DNA from: Candidatus Binatia bacterium | GTDB lineage: Bacteria; Desulfobacterota; Binatia; UBA9968; JAJDTQ01 | Reading direction: 5' to 3' | Assembly (NCBI GenBank): GCA_963666515.2 | Contig: OY762897.2 | Coordinates: 832,001-896,000 of the forward strand | Length of the DNA stretch: 64,000 nt | Part shown: positions 56,684 to 64,000 of the stretch, one piece after another | Position numbering within the stretch: position 1 is the first letter of the stretch | How the letters are laid out: every line of letters starts with the position of its first letter | Program-made: the position numbers and the translations under genes | Notes under the pieces: model-generated | Database searches by the model: none | What the model saw: the letters and a program-made list of their open reading frames with translations, nothing else | Told to the model about the DNA's origin: nothing

Positions 56684-58061
56684 TCAGGCGCGGGGCGTGA
56701 GGACTGCGAGAGCATGACGCATCTCAGCTTCGAGTTTGGGATTGGTGTTCATCGACAGGATGAGTTTGCCGGCGGGGCGAATGATACGCCCGGCCCGTTG
56801 AATGAGGGTACGGCGAAGGGTTCCGATTTCGCGAAAGCACCAAAGGGCGGAGCGTTTTGCCGTGGTCGAACGCTCACGCGGGTGGATTCGCATCTGGAGT
56901 TCGCGGGTGAGGTTGTGAGCGAGGATGCTGGCGAACATGTACAACTGGTTCCCCACGCGGGTTTTGACGGGCACCGTAGCCCATTTGGCAGTGGGTCTTC
57001 AACTCGGCGAAGATGCCCTCTTGGGAGCCCCGGCCTTCATGGAAGAGAGCGACCTTGCGTGGGCGGATTCTCTTGTTGGTAACGATGACCTTGAACTCGT
57101 ACCCATAGGAGACGGGCTTGAAGAGGTCGAGTTGGATTTCGTCCTTGTTCTGGTGTCGGACGGGTTTTCTGATGAAGACGAAGCGATAGCGGGTGTTCCA
57201 GGACTTGGGCTTCCAGCGGCTCTCGAAGTAGCCGAGTCCATCCCCCATGGGCCACCATTGTCGTCTGCCCTGGACCATCCCCTTCAGTTCGGCCAAGCGC
57301 TCGAAGGGCACCGAGACGGTGAAGGTGACGCCCAGGGAGTGAAGTCGATCGATGATGTCCCGGTTGAAGAAGGCGCTGTCCATGCGCACCTCGATCCTGG
57401 CCCGGGGCAGGCTCGCGCGCACGATGCACACACAGCGCTCGATGAAGGCGTCGGCGCCCTTGGAGTCGTGGACGTTTCCCGGCCGATGGTGCACGTCGAG
57501 CACCTGGTCGGTCTGGGCGACGGTGCAAAACAGGGGGTAGTAGCTGCGCGCCCCTTTCTTCTTCTTGTTGAACCCCACCGCGGTGCCCTCGGCGTGACGC
57601 CCGGTGCTCAGGACCGAGCCGTCGAAGTCCAGGGTGATGGTCGCGAACCCTTCGGCCACCAGGCGCTCGATGACCACCGTTCTCGACTCGGCGCGGACGT
57701 TGTCGACGCTGCGCACGTCGGCACTCTTCAGCGAGCGGCTCATGGTAGACACCCCCGGCAAGCGTTTCAGCCCAAGCAACCCCTTGACCAGTTCATCATC
57801 CCGGTAGTACGCCAAGTCTTGCAACCGTCGGTGTCCGATGATCAGATGCACCACCAGCAGGAGCAGCACCACGTGGTGACCGTAGATCGGGTTGGCTTTC
57901 AGGTGGCGGAAGCACCGCCGCAGCCGCTCCTTGAGGCCCAGGTGGGAAAAGAAGTGCTGAAAGAGGATGAGCCCCGAATACGATGTCAGTTTCTGCGGCT
58001 CGAATCGAACATCCATGCCCAGCGTGGCTTTACCTCGAACCGCGGTTCTGCTAAGTTTCAT
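56684..58061 (-). pseudogene. IS1380-family transposase with +1 frameshift near 56975
   Basis: LDFDGS, YYPL, RPGN, RMDSAF, GRGSQEGIFAELK. The frame continues as VPVKTRVGNQ...AHNL only after removing one G in TACGGTG. Confidence 0.85.
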
Positions 58062-58094
58062 TTCGTGGTCTCCGTTTCATCGGGTATTGGGATT

Positions 58095-59357
58095 CACTGC
58101 TGTCCCACAAACTTTAGGTACCCGGGAGGGGGAGTTGGGGTGGCGGGGGAGCCGGGGGCGGCGGGTAGAGGAGGGAAAGGAGCGGGCGGCGGTCGAAGAG
58201 GTTGAGTTGGAGGAGGCGGAGGATGTGGTAGAGGGAGAGGGAGATACGATTGAGGAACTTGATGTAAGCGATGAGGAGATAGACACAGAGGGCGATCCAG
58301 AGTTGAGTGAGGACGGCGTTGCGGGAGGTTCCGAGGAAGCTTTTGACTTTGAGGTGCTGCTTGATCCACTTGAAGAAGAGTTCGACTTGCCAGCGGTCTT
58401 TGTAGATGTCGGCGATGGTTTTGGGGGCCAGGGAGAAGTGGTTGGTGAGGAAGTCGTAGAACTGGCCGGTGGCGGCATCGACATAGCCGACGCGGCGGAG
58501 GGGGCGGGGATACTTGGAATGGCTGGAAGTGAGTTCGATGGTTTGATCGCAGATCACGCCCTGTTCGGGGTGGACGGGCCGGCTTTCACAGACGCGGTAG
58601 CAGGCGCCTCTTTTGAGGCGGGTGACCAGGAAAATCCCTTGTGAATACAGGTGGTTGAGCCAACTGAAGTCCACGTAGCCCCGGTCCGCCACCAGGATGC
58701 TGCCCTGGGGCAGGGTGAGTGCCCGCGCTCCTTTGATGTCGGAGGTCTTGCCGTCGGTGAGGTTGACGAAGGTGGGCAGATAACCGTCATGGTCCAATCC
58801 CAGGTGCACCTTCACCGCTCCCTTGGTGGTACGGAACTTTGCCCACGGAAACAGCGACAGACACAAGTCGATGGTGCTCCCATCCAACGAGTAAAGCTTG
58901 TTCTTGAAGCGAAACTTGTGCCCCGGCGCCTGACTCCGACAGCGGCCCAGCAACTTGCCGAACACCGCCTCGTATAACGTATACGGCTGCTTCTCGTTCA
59001 CCCGCGCCAACGACGATCGGCTCACCCGCTTCACCCCAAGGTGATACTGCTTGTCCGCTTGCACGTCCAGATTCCCCACGATGTCCCGCAGACTGCTCCG
59101 CCCCGCCAATTGCCCCAGCACCATCGCCACGAACTGCCCCCACCGCGTCATCTTCCGCAGCCGCCGCCCCTCGTGGTGCTCCCGCGCCTCCCTCTCAAAT
59201 TCATGTCTCGGCACCAGCTTGAGTATTTGCCCCAATACGGTATGATTATACGCCATGGACCTGAACCTCCCTGTTGATGGGGTTTTTGCTTGTTCCATCT
59301 TAACACAGGCGAGCTCTTCAGGTCCTCCCCCGTTCGTATTTTTGTGGGACAGCAGTG
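58095..59357 (-). mobile_element. IS4-family element (1263 bp) nested in the IS1380 leader
   Basis: Perfect 17-bp TIR CACTGCTGTCCCACAAA; 9-bp TSD ATTGGGATT at 58086-58094 and 59358-59366. Confidence 0.93.
58114..59256 (-). CDS. IS4-family transposase (DUF4372-like N-term + DDE)
   Basis: SLDGSTI, ADRGY, YKDRWQVELFFKWIKQ (YREK signature); GGAGG RBS before ATG 59256. Confidence 0.92.
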   Translation of the reverse strand: MAYNHTVLGQILKLVPRHEFEREAREHHEGRRLRKMTRWGQFVAMVLGQLAGRSSLRDIVGNLDVQADKQYHLGVKRVSRSSLARVNEKQPYTLYEAVFGKLLGRCRSQAPGHKFRFKNKLYSLDGSTIDLCLSLFPWAKFRTTKGAVKVHLGLDHDGYLPTFVNLTDGKTSDIKGARALTLPQGSILVADRGYVDFSWLNHLYSQGIFLVTRLKRGACYRVCESRPVHPEQGVICDQTIELTSSHSKYPRPLRRVGYVDAATGQFYDFLTNHFSLAPKTIADIYKDRWQVELFFKWIKQHLKVKSFLGTSRNAVLTQLWIALCVYLLIAYIKFLNRISLSLYHILRLLQLNLFDRRPLLSLLYPPPPAPPPPQLPLPGT

Positions 59358-59363
59358 ATTGGG

Positions 59364-59387
59364 ATTATACCAACGATGATTATAGCA
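59364..59387 (-). promoter_or_regulatory. Two extended -10 boxes (TGnTATAAT) in the IS1380 leader
   Basis: Minus-strand TGCTATAAT (59387-59379) and TGGTATAAT (59372-59364). Confidence 0.5.
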
Positions 59388-60263
59388 GTTTCGGAGACCA
59401 CATCCTCTAGATCACCTCGTTTTGTTCGCAAAAAAACGTCGCAACAACCCCCCTCGATTTTAACTCACGGGCGGCTGTGGCTTAGCTTCACAGATGGTGA
59501 GCCTGAGCTACTTGCCCGCACGAACCGGAAACCCTATGTAGGACGGCTTCAGCGGGTTCTTCAAGTCAGTTTTTTTGCAACTGACGGGTATAGGAAGTTC
59601 GGTATACGGGCGCGGAGCACCGAATTGTAGACTACATGGGGAAGGTCGTTGTCTGTTATCTCGCTAAGCCTTGAGGTGAGTTGTTGGACGGCTTCGGTCT
59701 GCTCAGCATTGCGCAATGCCTCTATCATGTCTTCGAGTTTCAGACGGCTTATCTCTGAGGCCAGCGGTTGGGAAAGCCCTGCGGCCTTTATCAAATGCTT
59801 TATGGTTTCTTGCTGGTTGACATTCAGGTTAGAGAATGTACATTTGTTTGTATACCCTTTGCGGAGGGTGACGGTTGGGTTGGTCTCTGTGAGACAACGA
59901 GGACCAAAGACCCTCTTCACTTCTTCTACATCGGGTGGTTCGAGGGTGTACGTGGCTTGCACTACTTGTGCAGGCGGTCGCTGTCCAGCTTCCACATCGG
60001 TTTGGTAGTCGGTTACGGATTGACGAGGATAGTCGTCGGTTACATCAAAGTTCCCTGCTCCATCAACTATTGGGTTTAGTCGGTACAATGCCTTAAGCAG
60101 CGCAGTTTTGCCCGCTTCATTCTTTCCAACTAGGCATGTGACGTCACCGATAACGAACTCAGTGGAGTCGGTTATGCTTTGGAACTGCGTGATATGTACA
60201 TTCGTGAGTCTCATACCCTCTCCAAGGGAATTACATACATAGCAGTTTACCCCACCTCGCTCG

Positions 60264-60411
60264 TCAGTGGGGCTTGTTCTTGTGGTAGCGCCAATCACTC
60301 TCGGGCTTCGAGGGTTTCTTTCTACATGATGGCTTTCGCCACGGTTTCTGGCGGAGTGTCAATGCGGACGGTTTCCTGATACTTCGGTTTCTCCAGGCGA
60401 CCGCTTTTCAT
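60264..60411 (-). pseudogene. Small (~48 aa) ORF with a 1-nt frameshift upstream of the OLD gene
   Basis: MKSGRLEKPKYQETVRIDTPPETVAKAIM, then one extra base, then RKKPSKPESDWRYHKNKPH-stop. Confidence 0.35.
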
Positions 60412-60559
60412 CTGTGGATTGCATCAGCCATCACGCGGTTCGCCTCGCGATCGTTCACTACCGACCACGGCGGTCTTGCCCAAGGCCTCGGGTTCAGCCC
60501 TCAGCTTCTTGGAGCCGTGCTTATTCTTCTCCTTGCCGCCCATGTAGGTCTTGTCTACT

Positions 60560-60922
60560 TCAATTGGTCTCTGATGCGCCCTGGCCCAGGAGCACGGCCA
60601 GTTTCTCCAGCACCTCCGCCATCACCTGCGACGGCGCCTGAGCCTCGAAACGGGTTCCCCGTGCTCGCCAGTCCATGCTCTTGACCTGGTCAGCCAAAAC
60701 GACTCCCGTGACGGCGTCTCCCGGTGGGAGGGGAACCTCAAAGGGATAGCCCTTGACCCTGGAAGTGATGGGGCAGAGCAGCGCCAAGCTCGTCTTTCCG
60801 TTGTAGCCTCGTGGGCTGAGGATCAGCGCGGGCCGGCGTCCGGCTTGTTCGTGCCCGGCCTGGGGACTGAAGGTGAGCCAGACGATGTCCCCTGCGTCGG
60901 GGACATACCGGCGCTCTACCAT
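60560..60922 (-). CDS. mazF: MazF/PemK endoribonuclease toxin
   Basis: YVPDAGDIVWL.F.PQAGHEQAGRRPALILSP, CPITS.VKGYPFEV, LADQVKSMDWRAR. Confidence 0.93.
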   Translation of the reverse strand: MVERRYVPDAGDIVWLTFSPQAGHEQAGRRPALILSPRGYNGKTSLALLCPITSRVKGYPFEVPLPPGDAVTGVVLADQVKSMDWRARGTRFEAQAPSQVMAEVLEKLAVLLGQGASETN

Positions 60923-61155
60923 TCCTCGTTGCCTTGTGGTGGCCCGGTGTCCACTTCCGGATGGAGGTTGTCGTCCGAAATCTCGGCGAGCATGTCGGCG
61001 AGGTTATAGGTTTCCTTGCGCATCACGAGCCGGTCGCCGCGCGAAACCATTTCGATAGCGGAGCCTTCTTGTACACCCCATTGCTCGGCAATGGGCTTGG
61101 GGATACGGATGGCCAAACTGGTGCCCCATTTGGCGATATGCGACTTGGCGCCCAT
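60916..61155 (-). CDS. mazE: MazE/AbrB-type antitoxin
   Basis: IAKWGTSLAIRIPK, Y.L.DML.EI..DNLH.EVD.G.P.G.E.W; overlaps mazF. Confidence 0.9.
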   Translation of the reverse strand: MGAKSHIAKWGTSLAIRIPKPIAEQWGVQEGSAIEMVSRGDRLVMRKETYNLADMLAEISDDNLHPEVDTGPPQGNEEW

Positions 61156-61232
61156 AACGACGATCCTCCTCGAAATCTATAATATATAGTTAGAGGAGGT
61201 TTGCAAGAACAGTGCGTGACCGTGTCGGCCTG

Positions 61233-61625
61233 TCAATCCGCTAGCACCGCGATCGCCTCGATCTCCACCAGGAAGTCCGCGTTGGCCAGGCCGGCGCAGA
61301 CTACCAGGGTGCTGGACGGCGGGTTGTCGCCCATGTACTTGAGGCGCGCCGGGTTGATGTCGTCCCGGTAGCGCGGGTCGGTGATGTAGGTGGTGATCTT
61401 GACCAGGTCGGCGAAGCTGGCGCCGGCCTCGTCGAGCACCGCCTTCATGTTCTTGAGCACCTGCTCGGCCTGGGCCGCGGCGTCGCCCTTGCCGACGACG
61501 TTGCCGTCGGCGTCCACCGCGGTCTGGCCGGCGATGAAGAGCAGGCGTTTCCCTTCGGCCAGGATGCCCTGCGAGTAGCGCGGCCGGGGGTCCGGAAGGC
61601 TCTTGGGTTGCAGCACCTTTCTCAT
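61233..61625 (-). CDS. RidA (YjgF/YER057c/UK114) family protein
   Basis: YSQG, LFIAGQ, PPSSTLV..L...LVEIEAIA. Confidence 0.9.
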   Translation of the reverse strand: MRKVLQPKSLPDPRPRYSQGILAEGKRLLFIAGQTAVDADGNVVGKGDAAAQAEQVLKNMKAVLDEAGASFADLVKITTYITDPRYRDDINPARLKYMGDNPPSSTLVVCAGLANADFLVEIEAIAVLAD

Positions 61626-61657
61626 GGCTTCCTCCTGGGCTGGATACGACCAGCGGG

Positions 61658-64000
61658 TTACCGGTACAGGCGCGGGTCGTCCACGGACGACCTCGGCTTG
61701 CGGATCTGGGGCGTGAGCGACGGCAGGCCCGGACGGGCGCGCAGCATGAAGTCCACCGGAATGAAGTCCTTCAGCAACGGAATCGGCATGCGCACGCCGG
61801 CGTAGGGGCTGGCGGCGTCGTTGCCCACCACCAGTTCGTCCGCCAGGAACGACTTCGGCGCGTCCGCGCGCACGCTGACTCCCGAGGCGGTGACGCTGCC
61901 GCGCACGGTGGGCAGCCCGAGGGCCTTGTGGGGATCGGTTTCCCTGGCGCTCAGAAGCTGGTGGTCGAGAATCGGCGAGCGCGGGTCCGCGTTCCGGCCG
62001 GTGCGCCGGATGAACCGGAGGTCCGCGTCATTGGAGGTGCGGTCCCTTGCCTCGACCTGCATGAGACGGGACGGGAACTCACTGAGCCCGTCGCCGCGGG
62101 TCCGCTCCCGCTTGTCCGCGTCCAGCGCCGCAAGCTCGTAGTGTTTCTCCCGCAGCAGGGTTTCCAGGTTCTCGATGCGACGCTCGGCCACCGGGTAGGT
62201 GCGGGTCTGAACGCCCCACGGGGTGTCGTAGTGCAACATCACCGCGTCGCGGCCCAGGACGTTGAGCCCCTTTTCGGCCAGCTCCACGTTGTCGGACCTG
62301 CCGTCGAACAGCACGGCCTTGAGGCCGAGCCCGCGAGGCCCGTGGAGTTGAGGGTTCTCGGCGAGAAACTGCTTGCTGAGCCTGAGGCCCCGGTTCTCCG
62401 CAGCCGCCAGCCGCGCCAGCAGGCCCTTGGCCTGCTTTCCCGCCGGCGTCTCCGGGTAGTGCTGGATGAGGGCGGCGTACAGGGTCCGTTGCTGCGCCTT
62501 GGAGCCGCTCTTCTCCGCGGCCTTCAGGAGCGTGCGGCCGGCCTTTTCCTCCAGTTCCCGCATTTCGTCCGCCGACAGCTTTCCCGACAGCCGGTAGTAG
62601 TACAGGGCCTTGTGGAGGTGGCCCTTGCCCTCGTAGGCTTTCCCCAGCACTTGGTAGACGTCGCCGGTTTCCTCCGAGTCCGACCGGAAACGGACGTGCC
62701 GGGCGGCGGCGTCCATGACCGTCTGATCCGACACCGGATTGCCGCTGAGCATCTCCAGCAGGTTGCTGCTCACCATCAGGACGTTGGCGGTGCCGAGGGT
62801 GGCGGCTCCGGCAACGCCGTGGGTGATCAACGGCGCGGCGCCGATCAATACGTTCTTTTCCAGGAAATTCCGCCCGAGCAACACGAAGCGTACCTGCTCC
62901 AGGCGATGGCGCGCGCGGGTGCGGTCCAGGACTCCCAGGAGGTTGTACTCCGGGCTGTCCAGCAGGATCCGGGCGCGCTTCTGCTGGCGCTCGGTTGAAC
63001 CGGTGCGGGCGATCTCACCGAGGGTGCGCTTGGCCTCTCCGTGCCGGCCGTTCAGTTCCTGGGCCGCGGCCCGCACGTCCTTGGCCAGGGTGCCCAGGGG
63101 CTCGCCGGCGTAACGCCGCTCCATGTCGCGGGCCCGCTCCGCGGCTCCGGCCGCGTCTCCCCCGGCCAGCGCGTAGAGCAGCGCCCGGACGTCCTTCGAC
63201 TCTTGCGGACCGGGTTCGTAGAGGCCGTCGGCGTCCGCTACCGAGAGTTGCCGGCGCCGCGTTTCCTCGCGCGCCGTCCTGGCGGCGTCGATCTCCCGCA
63301 ATTGCTCGTCAACCTCCCGCGCCTGCGGATCGACGGCGGCTGCCAGTTGCGCATGGAACTCCGCCTCCTCGAGCCGGCCCTCGTCCAGCGCCTGCCCGGC
63401 CTTCTCCACGTGCCGGTGAATCCAGATGCCCTTTCGATCCGCCTCCAGCGCCGTCACCTTCCCGGCTACTTCGCCGCTTCTCGGGTCGTTCGGGAAACGC
63501 TCGACGAAGCGTTTGTAGAACGCCAGGGCCTTGCGTTCGGCCTCCGGCATGCGCGGCGCGCGCGTCCGTTGCACTTCCGTGAAGGCGGTTTCCACCGCCG
63601 CGGTGACGTAGGAACCCGACGCCAGCGTTATCAGGTCCACGGAGGCGAGCAGCCGGTTCAGCAGTGCGTTCCATCGCCCGATGCGGTGCTCGGCCACCAG
63701 CGCCTCGGCCTGTTCCAGCTCGTCTTGGCGCAGGCGGGCGCGGATCAGCCGTTGCGCGGCGTCCGTCGGGGCCTTGGCCAGGGCCTCTTGCTGTGCGTCG
63801 CGGTACGTTTCGCGGTCGGCCACGTTGCCGTGGTGCAGTTCCCGTACGTGGTGGGTCAATCCGCTCGCGTTGCCGCCGCCGGCGACTCTCTCGTCGTCCT
63901 TGTCCTCGAAGTAGCGCACGTGTCCACGCAGCCGCTCCGTGCGATGGGTCAGGGCGTCGACGATGGCCACGCGCACGCGTTGCTCCAGCTCGTCGGGGAA
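61658..64000 (-). CDS. Large hypothetical protein with TPR-like helices (5' end outside the window)
   Basis: Frame is open to the window edge; FVERFPNDP and LIQHYPETP TPR-like motifs. Confidence 0.7.
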   Translation of the reverse strand, partial: FPDELEQRVRVAIVDALTHRTERLRGHVRYFEDKDDERVAGGGNASGLTHHVRELHHGNVADRETYRDAQQEALAKAPTDAAQRLIRARLRQDELEQAEALVAEHRIGRWNALLNRLLASVDLITLASGSYVTAAVETAFTEVQRTRAPRMPEAERKALAFYKRFVERFPNDPRSGEVAGKVTALEADRKGIWIHRHVEKAGQALDEGRLEEAEFHAQLAAAVDPQAREVDEQLREIDAARTAREETRRRQLSVADADGLYEPGPQESKDVRALLYALAGGDAAGAAERARDMERRYAGEPLGTLAKDVRAAAQELNGRHGEAKRTLGEIARTGSTERQQKRARILLDSPEYNLLGVLDRTRARHRLEQVRFVLLGRNFLEKNVLIGAAPLITHGVAGAATLGTANVLMVSSNLLEMLSGNPVSDQTVMDAAARHVRFRSDSEETGDVYQVLGKAYEGKGHLHKALYYYRLSGKLSADEMRELEEKAGRTLLKAAEKSGSKAQQRTLYAALIQHYPETPAGKQAKGLLARLAAAENRGLRLSKQFLAENPQLHGPRGLGLKAVLFDGRSDNVELAEKGLNVLGRDAVMLHYDTPWGVQTRTYPVAERRIENLETLLREKHYELAALDADKRERTRGDGLSEFPSRLMQVEARDRTSNDADLRFIRRTGRNADPRSPILDHQLLSARETDPHKALGLPTVRGSVTASGVSVRADAPKSFLADELVVGNDAASPYAGVRMPIPLLKDFIPVDFMLRARPGLPSLTPQIRKPRSSVDDPRLYR

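Larger units (their letters stand above)
56648..59588 (-). mobile_element. IS1380-family element (1669 bp without the nested IS), 4-bp TSD TATA
   Basis: TIRs CCCGATTGTTGCAAAAA and CCCGTCAGTTGCAAAAA (reverse complement); TATA at 56644-56647 and 59589-59592. Confidence 0.9.
55311..60214 (-). pseudogene. OLD-family ATP-dependent nuclease (ABC ATPase + TOPRIM, ~652 aa), interrupted by nested IS
   Basis: N-part GKNEAGKT; C-part LLLDEPG, YTTHSPF, VVEGVSD. Removing 56648-59588 plus one TATA joins IPNFL-Y-FDEYYL in frame (1959 nt). Confidence 0.88.

Noticed and set aside
56960-56990. Programmed frameshift in the IS1380 transposase
   Set aside because: No slippery run, and IS1380 transposases are normally single ORFs; more likely a mutation or sequencing error.
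55311-61155. Gabija, PARIS or retron assignment for the OLD nuclease
   Set aside because: No GajB helicase, separate AriB-like gene or reverse transcriptase nearby.

Overview
A high-GC bacterial chromosomal window. The backbone carries a partial xanthine-dehydrogenase-family Mo subunit, gltBD, two tandem ThDP enzymes, a NitT/TauT-type ABC transporter, an alpha-hydroxy acid oxidase, MFS and MscS transporters, a TMTC-like TPR protein, a cupin plus EutA-like pair, thrC, an aldehyde dehydrogenase and an enoyl-CoA hydratase. Accessory segments include a putative defence operon (a ~2578-aa double-sacsin GHKL ATPase and a SNF2-like helicase), a solo OLD-family nuclease split by nested IS1380/IS4 elements, and four toxin-antitoxin loci. 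The best candidate for an undescribed system is a 1863-bp element (24092-25954) inserted in the sacsin gene. It is flanked by CTAG direct repeats, and removing it with one CTAG restores the host reading frame. It has no terminal inverted repeats. It encodes one 535-aa protein that lacks recognisable DDE, HUH or recombinase motifs but has Rep_trans/gpII-like 'YxK...RxE' motifs and a C-terminal winged helix, and it is preceded by a five-way-junction leader that buries its RBS. A 74-aa glutaredoxin-like selenoprotein with two in-frame UGA codons (28729-28953) is missed by the ORF track. No rRNA, tRNA or CRISPR array was seen. All family calls are from reading motifs by eye, with no database searches.
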